64,000 nt of DNA from Macrostomum lignano. Its lineage: Eukaryota. The translations under genes were made by a program, and so were the position numbers. Below the pieces are notes generated by a model. The model did no database searches, was not told the DNA's origin, and saw only the letters and a program-made list of their open reading frames with translations. Of this stretch, positions 1 to 23,418 are shown in pieces. The stretch spans positions 434,001-498,000 of the forward strand of contig NIVC01000419.1 in NCBI GenBank assembly GCA_002269645.1, written 5' to 3'. The stretch's first letter is position 1. Each line of letters starts with the position of its first letter.

Positions 1-180
1 CACACCTGTTAGGATAAGAGGCGCCACACCTGTTAGGATAAGAGGCGCCACCACACCTGTTAGGATAAGAGGCGCCACACCTGTTAGGATAAGAGGCGCC
101 ACACCTGTTAGGATAAGAGTCGCCACACCTGTTAGGATAAGAGGCGCCACACCTGTTAAGATAAGAGGCGTCACACCTGT
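1..180. repeat. 24-bp minisatellite (CACACCTGTTAGGATAAGAGGCGC), intronic
   Basis: About 7 tandem copies read directly from the sequence. Confidence 0.95.
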
Positions 181-210
181 TAGTATCAGGCCAAACAAGC
201 CAAAGTATAG

Positions 211-1567
<1,357 letters not shown>

Positions 1568-2027
1568 GACTGGAACTGGCTCGCTAGAGATAGCTATAGC
1601 TATGTTTGATTATTTATTTATCCGTATACTTTTTTTCGTGAACTCTGCAGCCTGTTCAGATTGCAAACTGGCTACTTAAAGTAGAATTTAGCATTTTTCT
1701 ACTTATTAATTTAGCATAGAGTGGTTTAGCAACTTTCTGGTATAATTACTAATTCACCAAATGCAGATCTTTGTGTATCCTTTATTAGCAGAATTTTTTA
1801 TTCTCAATCATTTTTATTAACATTTATTATATCTGTTTAAGTAGAATCTATCAACGGAAAAAACTTTATTTCAGCTGACTAAATTTTTGTGTCCTTCTGC
1901 TCATCCTATGCTTCACAATAAGGCGTTTCTGCAGTGATGTGCGATTTTTCAATAACTGAACTCAACTTCTTACAGGTGCTCAAGTTCGAAACCCTTCTCT
2001 TAACTTTTAACCCCAAATCATCCGAAC

Positions 2028-2395
2028 CCTGAAATCCTCAAAATCCTCAAAACCCTCAAAACCCTCAAATCCTCAAAACACTCAAAAATCGGCAAAACAC
2101 TCAAAACACTCAAAAATCCGCAAAACACTCAAAACACTCAAAAATCCGCAAAACCCTCAAATCCTCAAAAATCCTCAAAACCCTCAAATCCTCAAAAATC
2201 CTCAAAACCCTCAAATCCTCAAAAATCTGCAAAACCCTCAAATCCTCAAAAATCCGCAAAACACTCAAAAACACTCAAAAATCCGCAAAACACTCAAAAC
2301 ACTCAAAAATCTTCAAAACCCTCAAATCCTCAAAAAAAAACCTTAAAACCCTCAAAATCCTCAAAACCCTCAAATCCCCAAAACCAAACCCGAAC
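2028..2395. repeat. Degenerate CTCAAAA(C/T)C-based short tandem repeat
   Basis: Repeated ctcaaaaccctcaaatc and ctcaaaacact units. Confidence 0.85.
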
Positions 2396-3267
2396 ACCAA
2401 AATCGCCAACCCCAAGCGCCTAATCCAAAATAATTCTCAAACCACTAACCTATAATCTCCGTAGCCCGAATCCTTTAGTAGCGGTTGAGTTGCGCTGTTC
2501 GCTCTGTGTATATTGTCTTAAAATTTTCGAAAATGCATCCCAAGACAACTCAGCTTTCATTGTGTTCTCAGTATATATAAGACCAATGTACCATCGTGTA
2601 CCAGAATTTAAAGTATAGTAAAAAGCGCAGATTGTACTTTATCAATCGCAACAGCTTATTATTCAGCTATAGAAATCAATATTTTTGTTATTACTTGAAG
2701 TACCTTACCGGTAATTAGTAAAGTTGATGAAATCTTCCATTAATATGAATATTATTAGTGTCGCAGTTTGTGCTCAATATCGCTGCTAACGTCACATATC
2801 CTCACAAAATGGCTTATATGGTCTGTGTGTTCTGCAGCATATTTTTATTACCATTTATTTATATGCGAAGTTTTGAGTTTTCAGCTGCACTGGATTGCGA
2901 ATGCTCTATTTTGTACTTTTATCAACCTACTTTTTTGTCCGTCTGTGGCTTCTTTTTTTATATCATTTTTGGCTTGTAGAAACCCGATAATTGGGGCAGA
3001 ATTTTAATTCCCCCTGGCGTCATTCTGACTTTGAAATTGTCCAATCATTGATCGGTTTTATTGCACCGGTAGAAAAAAACAAATACAGGCGTCTCGTGTG
3101 TTTTGATCGTAATTAATTTTTTCAGATCTTGTCTGATGCAGTAGAAATGAAATTAGTGGCGATTTCTTTTTGCTTTTACGTTATTTTATGATAATAGGCA
3201 GACTGTACTACTATTTAGTTTCTTCCTAAGTAGCAATATTAGCTTTTTTAGGGGCGATAATCTAGCA

Positions 3268-3580
3268 GGGGTTATAGCCTAGAGGTTAGAGCGTCGGACT
3301 CACAACTGGAAGGTCGGGGGTTCGATTCTCGACCCAGGGGAACAATTTGTGTCCTTGAGCAAGTCACTTAACTCTGCATGGCTTCAGTTCACCCAGCTGT
3401 ACATGTAAAATGGGTGCCAGCATTAGCTGGGGTAATTGAGGGTGTATGTGGCGACCCCCCCAGTCCTTGGACTGAACAGCCGTACGCAGCCTTCAGATGC
3501 GCCGCGCAAAGCTGCGGCTGAGCTGTCGGTTGCACATCTGGCCCAATTGGGGGAGGTGTAATCAAGTATTATTATTATTA
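3268..3580 (+). mobile_element. tRNA-derived CORE-type SINE, copy 1
   Basis: tRNA-like head with A box (tagcctagagg) and B box (ggttcgattc). Central tgtgtccttgagcaagtcacttaac...cagttcacccagctg...taaaatggg resembles the MIR CORE domain. (ATT)n tail. Homologous to 22296-22609 and 57326-57640. Confidence 0.88.
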
Positions 3581-4496
3581 GGAGCGAAAAAATATTTGGA
3601 TCAAAAAAAGAAAATGATTAATTTTGACACGTCAATATTTTGGGCGAGATTGTTTATTTGGACATGGTTCTGCATGGCGGAAGCGCGAGAGTCAACTAAG
3701 TGAGCTCTGGCTACTCATTATTATATTGCATGCATTTAAAGTGAACACTAGCTTCTAGAAGTTAAGTTTGGGTAGCTTAAGATTCTGCATAGCAACTACA
3801 ATACTATAGCTACTGTAATTAATATTTCATATCCAGTATGCGCCTGCTTGTTATAGCTGGTGTGGCTACCAATCCATGCCTTCATCATTCACTCAATGCT
3901 CTGGGGTTTTTAAAAGTACGCCTTAGTCAGTCCCCATCAGGCGTGTTAAGACCGACTTGGTGGTGGCACGGGAGGGGAGAACTACTCATGAATATACATG
4001 CGTCTGCGGCTCCTCCTAGGGGCTTGAGCTTCAGGGGAAGGAGTGAGTGCTGAAGCTTGTGTGTGGGCTGTAAGCTTCAAACTTGGCAATTGCCTATACA
4101 GCGCATTCAAGGCATGTATACTTGAAGCTGAGTTGAAAAAAGCATTCATGTGAGAGGAGCCGGTTGTGTTGCAAGTTTTTTTAGCTTCATTTGTTGCTGC
4201 TGTTAAATACTGAAGAAATTTCTGCTTGCTATTGGCTGAATTCTACAAACCAAGTGACTGCTTTCTAATATAGAAATATAGAAATTAGAGATGTTGTTTA
4301 GGGGTTTAGAAACTGATGGTGGGTGTTTGCTTCTAGAAATTAGATAGTGGTAGCGTTTACAAGTAGATTGGGACTGTTTATGTTGCGAGTGTTTATAAAG
4401 TCAATTGTGACTGTCAACAAAGGTAGATTATGAGTGTTTAGAAAGTAAATTGGTAGCATTACAAAACAGTGCAATCCGGGTCGACCTGCTAATTTC

Positions 4497-5680
4497 TCTA
4501 TGCTCTATGCTCTATGCTCTATGCTCTATGCTCTATGCTCTATGCTCTATGCTCTATATGCTCTATGCTCTATGCTCTATGCTCTATGCTCTATGCTCTA
4601 TGCTCTATGCTCTATGCTCTATGCTCTATGCTCTATGCTCTATGTTCTACAGTGTATGCTCTATGCTCTATGCTCTATATGCTCTATGCTCTATGCTCTA
4701 TGCTCTATGCTCTATGCTCTATGCTCTATGCTCTATGCTCTATGCTCTATGCTCTATGCTCTATGCTCTATGTTCTACAGTGTATGCTCTATGCTCTATG
4801 CTCTATATGCTCTATGCTCTATGCTCTATGCTCTATGTTCTACAGTGTATGCTCTATGCTCTATATGCTCTATGCTCTATGCTCTATGCTCTATGCTCTA
4901 TGCTCTATATGCTCTATGCTCTATGCTCTATATGCTCTATGCTCTATATGCTCTATGCTCTATGCTCTATGCTCTATGCTCTATGCTCTATGCTCTATGC
5001 TCTATGCTCTATGCTCTATGCTCTATGCTCTATGCTCTATGCTCTATGCTCTATGCTCTATGCTCTATGCTCTATGCTCTATGTTCTACAGTGTATGCTC
5101 TATGCTCTATGCTCTATATGCTCTATGCTCTATGCTCTATATGCTCTATGCTCTATGCTCTATGCTCTATGCTCTATGCTCTATGTTCTATGCTCTATGC
5201 TCTATATGCTCTATGCTCTATGCTCTATGCTCTATGTTCTACAGTGTATGCTCTATGCTCTATGCTCTATGCTCTATATGCTCTATGCTCTATGCTCTAT
5301 GTTCTACAGTGTATGCTCTATGCTCTATGCTCTATGCTCTATGCTCTATGCTCTATATGCTCTATGCTCTATGCTCTATGTTCTACAGTGTATGCTCTAT
5401 GCTCTATGCTCTATGCTCTATGCTCTATGCTCTATGCTCTATGCTCTATGCTCTATGCTCTATGCTCTATGCTCTATATGCTCTATGCTCTATGCTCTAT
5501 GCTCTATGCTCTATATGCTCTATGCTCTATGCTCTATGCTCTATGCTCTATGCTCTATGCTCTATGCTCTATGCTCTATATGCTCTATGCTCTATGCTCT
5601 ATGCTCTATATGCTCTATGCTCTATGCTCTATGCTCTATGCTCTACATTCTCTATGTTTATGTCCTTATGTTCTATGCTC
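4497..5680. repeat. (TGCTCTA)n heptanucleotide microsatellite with recurrent TTCTACAGTGTA variant
   Basis: Read directly; accounts for the spurious ORFs at 4450-5769. Confidence 0.97.
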
Positions 5681-6163
5681 TAATGCTTTCTAACGCTCCT
5701 TGCTCCATGTTCCTGTGCACTCTCCTACCCCACTACCGTTCCTGCTGCAAGTATACATGCACTATCTAGATAGATAGCAACTTTTTATCTGCTTTCAGCT
5801 AAAGAAGTTTTATTCTGGTCGCAGAAACTAAAAGTAGCTGAAGCAAGAGAGAGAGAGAGATCCAGATCGCGCTTCCCTGCCTCTCCTCTGCCTGCCAATA
5901 CACCGACCGTCCTTCCGTCCCTCTCGCTGGTGCTTCTGTCCGCCAATGGCCCATCAGAGAGAACTGCAACTGTGGAGGTGGGGGCCTCCATGCTTGGACA
6001 CGGAGGCAAGCTAATAAATGCACGGCCCTGGCATGGCATGCATTAGGAGTCTTGCTAAACCTTAATTGCTAAGCCTGCTAAGCCTATAGGCATGTATCTA
6101 CTGCACTGACTATAAGACTATAAGCAGTGCTTATGCGTTACCAAGTCTGTTTTTAATCCATAG

Positions 6164-11988
<5,825 letters not shown>

Positions 11989-11989
<1 letters not shown>

Positions 11990-12320
11990 CCCACCTGACT
12001 GGGAATGCTATCTAGCTAGCTGACTGCATGCTGACCCTCTAGAGGAATTACCTGATTCACCTGATCTACCTGACCCACCTGATTCACCTGACCCACCTGA
12101 CCCACCTGACCCACCTTACCCACCTGACCCACCTGACCCACCTTACCCACCTGACCCACCTGACCCACCTGACCCACCTTACCCACCTGACCCACCTGAC
12201 CTACCTGACCCACCTGACTGGGAATGCTATCTAGCTATCTGACTGCATGCTGACCCTCTGGCCGGAATTACCTGACCCACCTGACCCACCTGACCCACCT
12301 GACACACCCGAACCACCTGA
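11989..12320. repeat. 9-bp GACCCACCT repeat with a duplicated ~60-bp cassette
   Basis: cacctgactgggaatgctatctagcta...ggaattacctga occurs at ~11992 and ~12212 and is interleaved with the 9-mer array. Confidence 0.88.
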
Positions 12321-12744
12321 CCAGCAGAACAAGGAGACTAGTGCTGAATTGTCTGCTTGATCCTTGAGTCTGTTAATTTTACTCAGCTATCAGTTATTTG
12401 TGTCAAAAACCTTTGTCTGGTTAATTTCTTTTTCCAGTAATTGTAAAAATTATGCTTTCTAAACTGGCAATCAAATTTTGCATGTGAATAAATGAAAATT
12501 ATTGATCAAAGCATTTTTTTTACTTTACCAGAGCGAATTTCCGCTAAAACATATTTTTTGTCGACTTTTGCAGTTTTACAAGGGCATGCTTGCTTCTGCA
12601 CCCGAAGTGCTCTGGGCTGTTGGAGTTCTCAGACAAACTCATGATGGTAAACTATTTACAAATAATTCGCTACATCTTGATGCGATGTTGACAGGGACAA
12701 AAGTCAAGTTTCGAGGGTAAACGCATAATTTTTTATTAGCTTTA

Positions 12745-13020
12745 GCACCAGGGGCGCCAGCACCAGGGGCGCCAGCACCAGGGGCGCCAGCACCAGGGGC
12801 GCCAGCACCAGGGGCGCCAGCACCAGGGGCGCCAGCACCAGGGGCGCCAGCACCAGGGGCGCCAGCACCAGGGGCGCCAGCACCAGGGGCGCCAGCACCA
12901 GGGGCGCCAGCACCAGGGGCGCCAGCACCAGGGGCGCCAGCACCAGGGGCGCCAGCACCAGGGGCGCCAGCACCAGGGGCGCCAGCACCAGGGGCGCCAG
13001 CACCAGGGGCGCCAGCACCA
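12745..13020. repeat. Perfect GC-rich 15-bp tandem repeat GCACCAGGGGCGCCA
   Basis: About 18 identical copies between the convergent gene ends. Confidence 0.97.
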
Positions 13021-13600
13021 CAAGCTCACAGGATGTAGTTATAAATGAATCATTGGAGTGGTTTCGTGTTACCATTGAGTTTTTACGACGTTACCTATCA
13101 ACATAAACAGACTTTTAATGGAAGAAAACGGAAATAGTCGCAAATTATTGTTTAATCAGTAGTATAATAATCTTGAGTATATAATTTTCTGACCGACTGC
13201 AGTCATGCGTTTATATTTTTCGTTCGAGTAGCAGCGGTTCCCTCACACGGGTGGCCTTGGCCAATAATTATTAAATAATATCCAGTTTACTCATATAAGA
13301 CAAGTATTGCATGAGGCGAATTGGAGCAAAGTAAATTCCAGAGCAATTATAAATATCGATAAGTACATACGTTTATAGGTTCACCTGAGACAATTAAAAG
13401 TTTGGCGGCAATAATTAATATAATACTTCTTTTTGTGGTCAAATTATTTTTAATTGGATTTTAATGAGACTGGCACATTCGATAAAAATAAGCAGGTAGA
13501 GAATAAAGAGAATGATAGTGAAAGACTTAAGTCAAAATAGAAGCTGGCTTTGAAGTTGGGGAGTTAATGACAGAAGATGAGATGGAAAGCTGATGGACAG

Positions 13601-14165
13601 TGAGATAGAGTGAGATTCAGAGTGAGATACAGAGTGAGATACAGAGTGAAATACAGATTGAGATACAGAGTGAGATACAGAATGAGATACAGAGTGAGAT
13701 ACAAAATGAGATACAGAGTGAGACACAGAGTGAGATACAGAGTGAGATACATAGTGAGACACAGAGTGAGATACAGAGTGAGATACAGAGTGAGATACAG
13801 AGTGAGATACAGAGTGAGATACAGAGTGAGATACAGAGTGAGATACAGAGTGAGATACAGAGTGAGATACAGAGTGAGATACAGAGTGAGATACAGAGTG
13901 AGATACAGAGTGAGATACAGAGTGAGATACAGAGTGAGATACAGAGTGAGATACAGAGTGAGATACAGAGTGAGATACAGAGTGAGATACAGAGTGAGAT
14001 ACAGAGTGAGATACAGAGTGAGATACAGAGTGAGATACAGAGTGAGATACAGAGTGAGATACAGAGTGAGATACAGAGTGAGATACAGAGTGAGATACAG
14101 AGTGAGATACAGAGTGAGATACAGAGTGAGATACAGAGTGAGATACAGAGTGAGATACAGAGTAA
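13601..14165. repeat. 12-bp tandem repeat GTGAGATACAGA
   Basis: Read directly. Confidence 0.97.
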
Positions 14166-14629
14166 GATAAATACTAGATAGGCTGAGGTAGAATAAGCTG
14201 AGATCATCAGATCGAGTGTTCTAATAGCCATCTCTAATTAGCTTATAATAAGTTGCAGATCTGCTTCTGGATGTTTCTTAGAAAAACTCGGCTCCTTCAA
14301 GCAGGCGGGCGCTGACTGGCACAGCTGCGACGCCGAAGCTCATGAGGCCGAGGCCTTGGAGCCAATTTGGTCGCGGTTTTGAAATCAAATTAGCCGGTTC
14401 CTGATCAGCAGAGGCTGCGGCTGCGGCGCTAGCAGCCACTTGCTCCAATTCGTCAATCGGGATGGCAGTAGAAACAGACCTGAGCAAATCAAGCCGCTTG
14501 GGTTATTTTTAGTGCATTTTTAGTGCCTTTCAGTACAGACTATATGAAAACTGAATAGAGACTGACTGCTGTTTCCCCTGGCTGTTTTCTATTCTCATCT
14601 AGAGAATCTCTCTCCCTCTCCCCTCTCCA

Positions 14630-15514
14630 CTTTCCACTAGGCTCTCCATTCTCCTCTCTCCCCACTCTACCCTCTACCCTCTTCACTCTCCACTCTCCAC
14701 TCCCCCTCTCCACTCTACCCTCTACCCTCTCCACTCCCCCTCTCCACTCTACCCTCTACCCTCTCCACTCCCCCTCTCTACTCTACCCTCTACCCTCTCC
14801 ACTCCCCACTCTCCACTCTACCCTCTACCCTCTCCACTCCCCCCTCTCCACTCTACCCTCTACCCTATCCACTCTCCCTCTCCACTCTACCCTCTACCCT
14901 CTCCACTCTCCCTCTCCACTCTACCCTCTACCCTCTCCACTCTCCCTCTCCACTCTACCCTCTACCCTCTCCACTCCCCCTCTCCACTCTACCCTCTACC
15001 CTCTCCACTCTCCCTCTCCACTCTCCCTCTCCACTCTACCCTCTACCCTCTCCACTCCCCCTCTCCACTCTACCCTCTACCCTCTCCACTCCCCCTCTCC
15101 ACTCTACCCTCTACCCTCTCCACTCTCCCTCTCCACTCTACCCTCTACCCTCTCCACTCCCCCTCTCCACTCTACCCTCTACCCTCTCCACTCTCCCTCT
15201 CCACTCTCCCTCTCCACTCTACCCTCTACCCTCTCCACTCCCCTCTCCACTCTACCCTCTACCCTCTCCACTCCCCCTCTCCACTCTACCCTCTACCCTC
15301 TCCACTCCCCACTCTCCACTCTACCCTCTACCCTCTCCACTCTACCCTCTACCCTCTCCACTCTCCCTCTCCACTCTACCCTCTACCCTCTCCACTCCCC
15401 CTCTCCACTCTACCCTCTACCCTCTCCACTCCCCCTCTCCACTCTACCCTCTACCCTCTCCACTCCCCCCTCTCCACTCTACCCTCTACCCTCTCCCCTC
15501 TTCTCTCCTCCCAC

Positions 15515-15515
<1 letters not shown>
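14630..15515. repeat. Polypyrimidine repeat (CCACTCTACCCTCTACCCTCT variants), G-rich on the Kelch sense strand
   Basis: Read directly; intronic. Confidence 0.95.
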
Positions 15516-19819
<4,304 letters not shown>

Positions 19820-21494
19820 TGTATTTTTGTAAGTGCCAAGTTCCCAACTTCAATAGCATAGAGACATTCGTTACTTGAAGGGATTAATTAAAGTCGGCTT
19901 TCCACTCGGCCAGCTCAGGTCCTGAGTCTTGATTCGGTGTCTATGGCTTTAACAGCTGGATATTTAGTACCATGTGGAGCTGTTCACAAGGGGACAAACC
20001 AACCTAGAAATGCTATCGTATGATTGATGTAGATAAAACTGACAGCTCAGCAACGGAGTGACAACTTCGAAACTGAAGATGTGGAGGTGACAGTTAAATA
20101 AAACAGGATTTAGTAAAGCTCCAGGACCGATCGCAGGATGAAAGCTGATCAAAAGCTACCCAAGCTCATTATATTCGTATTGTACGCTCGTAGTTGTTTG
20201 CTAATACCAATATGGCTTATGAGTTTCGAGTAGAAGACTTGCAAGCAGCTTGATTCCAATTTAGAGCGCGGTTTATACAATCCGTCAGTGTGAAAAGCAA
20301 ACTGCTTCTCCTTTAAGTCAACCTATTCGTGGTTAGATATGTACTAGCAATCTACGCCCCCCGTTGGGGAGCCAAAGAAATGCAATCGCTACACGTTTTT
20401 TTAATAAGCTACATGTATCCTTGAAATCTTAAAAAATCTCCTGTCAAACCTTGTAAGCCTTGACATGTCAGTAATTCCCCACCACAAGCTTTAACATATC
20501 AACTCCCCCCCTTGACATCTCAGCAATGCCCCCAATAAGCCTTGGAAATCTAAAAATATCTGTCAACCTTCTAACCCTAACCCTAGCCTAACGTTGCACA
20601 TTGACGACTAGGATTTCACTTCGTTTAACTAGTGCAGCCAGTGTTAGACTGATCCACTGACGGAACAAATGTTTGAGCAGCGCCAGTTCAACATGTCTGA
20701 CTAATTAGGCTCCAACAGACTCTGCAACAATAGTTCCCTGATCCTCGTCAGGTCTGATTCCAGATCCGTAGCCCAGTGGTCTAGCGCGGCTCTCTGATGT
20801 GCCAGCGGCCCAGGCTCGATTCCAAGTGCAGTCACGCAATTAATTTGGGGCTAAATTGGAATCTCCGCTTGGGTCTGCTAGTGCAATTAACAGTAGAAAG
20901 ACAATGGGGGTGTATTTCAAATACACACATTCTTCCTTTGTCTGGATCTCCAAGAATATTCAACCAATTGCCATGAAAATCCAGAACACAGGCTAAAATT
21001 TTCCGCTCTATTCGATGAAGCAACTTCGAGAATCACGAAAAATCGGCATCATCAAGATATTCAACGATTTTCCTCGTGATCTCATCATGAAACGGCTCAA
21101 CAAACTATGCATATCAGTTGTAGAGGCCTTTGTTCTCAGCATCCCAGGCACCAGGGTCCCCTTCATCACCGTCTGGAGCATCGGCGGCGACTGTCGGGAC
21201 CTTCAACAAAAGACTCTTCTGCATGCAGCATTCAGTCAGTAGACACAATCGGTGAATAAAATGAACGATGGCGACTCTCTAGGCTGACCTGTAGACATAC
21301 AGGCGACCTTCGGGACCTTCAACGGAGTGCCACCACGCGGCCCTGACGAGCTGGCACCCCCCAACATCGTGATTTTTCTACCAGGGCACCAAACCAGGCA
21401 CGTCTGTATATTATACAATGGTCCTGCACCATGTTCAGCATTCAGCTCTGTCTGGACGACCTTCGGGACCTTCAATATTTGTTATAAAGTCAGC

Positions 21495-21835
21495 TAAGAA
21501 TGATATATATTAGATTCATAAAACCAAAGAGCTGGGCCGTGCCATTTTAATGGTTTTTCGTCGCAGAACATGTAAAATTGTACGTCGAATAAATAAATAA
21601 CATAGAATCCTAATTTTCTGAATGAAAATCTTTATGAATATCGATAGAGCAATAAGAAAGCCACAACATATTAAAAGATGAACACTGGGTCTGTCTCCTT
21701 TCAAAAGCTATAAAAAGTTTTGTGCTGAAAAGAATGAAAACTTCCTATCTCCATAGTGTATTTTTTCGGAAAACCTGCCTCCTAAACTCTTCCAGAAAAT
21801 GAGATTTCCCGTTTTTCTACTTAAGTAGTACTCGG
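21495..21835. mobile_element. Partial copy of the MITE family seen at 23661-24240
   Basis: Shares gccgtgccattttaatggtttt, gaaaacttcctat...ttttttcggaaaa and the terminal tttcccgt...ctacttaagtag. A further end fragment lies at ~59555-59590. Confidence 0.7.
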
Positions 21836-22295
21836 AAAAAAATTGAAAATATGCACGTTTTCCCAGTCAAGTAGCTAGCAGACTCTATCGTTTCTGTGTG
21901 TTTCAGCTGTTCTACCAAATGCAAGCAGTCCTCTTCTTTCTCAATTGTGTTTTCATAAACTTTTAATCAAAATCGGAACAAAGCGCACTATTTTGCTCCA
22001 ATGCTTGTCTGGCCTCGTTAGGTAAAAGTGAAAAGCTCGTTCCACTCCAGATTGCTAATTATATATCTGCCTGGTGTAGACTGTGATTCTTGTGCCAGAA
22101 TTTCCCTAAAAATATGATTAAGCATTCTGTGTAATATTTTGTGCAGCAAGCCTGTGAAGGAACCTTTTGTTTGCTAACTCCTACCGTACCTACCATCGTC
22201 TGCTTAGACTTTGACAAGCTGGCTCTCATCCTGACCTACAGTCAGCCAATCAGCACCATCGAAGAAAAACTGCTGTGGGAGTCTCTTAGAAGTAA

Positions 22296-22609
22296 TAATA
22301 ATATCTGGATAATAATTGATTGCACCTGCCCCAATTGGGCCAGATGTGCAACCGACAGCTCAGCCGCAGCTATTGCGCGGCGCATCTGAAGGCTGCGTAC
22401 GGCTGTTCAGTCCAAGGACTGGGGGTCGCCACACACACAGCCTCAATTACCTCAGCTAATGCTGGCACCCATTTTACAGCTGGGTGAACTGAATTGTAAT
22501 GCAGAGTTAAGTGTCTTGCTCAAGGACACAAATTGTTCCGAGTGAGTCAAGAATCGAACCCCCGACCTTCAAGTCGTGAGGCCGACGCTCTGACCGCTAG
22601 GCTGCAGCC
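22296..22609 (-). mobile_element. tRNA-derived CORE-type SINE, copy 2
   Basis: Reverse complement of the 3268-3580 family. Imperfect flanking duplication tctcttagaagtaa (22282) / tctcttaaaatgtaa (22610). Confidence 0.88.
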
Positions 22610-22875
22610 TCTCTTAAAATGTAAGTGACTAAAAAATCACTAAAACATGAAGCTAGTTTTCGTGACAAACAGTCAGTAGAAAATACACAAACGTAATAAG
22701 CGTAAGATCTGTTAGGGTGCTAATTTTAACGACATCATTTTGAAAAAATTCACGATATTGCAAATCAAAGTACATCGATAGGACTGGCTACAAGTAGAAG
22801 GAGGTCACATATTGTGCAAAATCGTACATATATTTCACTGCAAACCTGCTTTTGCTGCAAACTGCCACAATTTAA

Positions 22876-23195
22876 AAGAAACGTCATGTCAACCGTAAAA
22901 GAAACGTCATGTCAACCATAAAAGAAACGTCATGTCAACCATAAAAGAAACGTCATGTCAACCATAAAAGAAACGTCATGTCAACCATAAAAGAAACGTC
23001 ATGTCAACCATAAAAGAAACGTCATGTCAACCATAAAAGAAGCGTCATGTCAACCGTAAAAGAAGCGTCATGTCAACAATAAAAGAAGCGTCATGTCAAC
23101 CGTAAAAGAAACGTCATGTCAACCATAAAAGAAACGTCATGTCAACCACAAAAGAAGCGTCATGTCAACCGTAAAAGAAACGTAATGTCAACCAT
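22876..23195. repeat. 23-bp minisatellite AAAAGAAACGTCATGTCAACCAT
   Basis: About 13 copies. Confidence 0.95.
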
Positions 23196-23418
23196 AAATA
23201 TCGGCTTGGCAACAAAGAGAGCACTGCAGCAGCCAGATTATTTTTGCGTCGACACGCAAGCTGCCGCACCAGAAATCAGTCGTAAACTTCGAAGCTCCGT
23301 TTTAGACAATCCTGTACATGCAGATTTATTGCATCTGAAGACATATCGGACATGATGCTTTCGCACAACTGCGCAACGAAAAATTCATGTAAAATTATAG
23401 CACACATTCTCTAAGCAG

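Noticed and set aside
2028-2395. Telomere-like repeat (also CTAACCCTAACCCT at ~20574)
   Set aside because: Units are irregular CTCAAAA variants or only two hexamers; not a telomeric array.
4450-5769. Long ORFs (MLYALCS)n in three frames
   Set aside because: Stop-free translation of a 7-bp microsatellite; no coding complexity.
5785-6045. Short GC-richer open frames on both strands upstream of the QSOX-like ATG
   Set aside because: No recognisable motif or consistent splice partner; possibly 5' UTR.
21150-21480. Three spaced copies of CGGGACCTTCAA with short ORFs
   Set aside because: Only three irregularly spaced 12-17-bp matches and no identifiable product; insufficient support.
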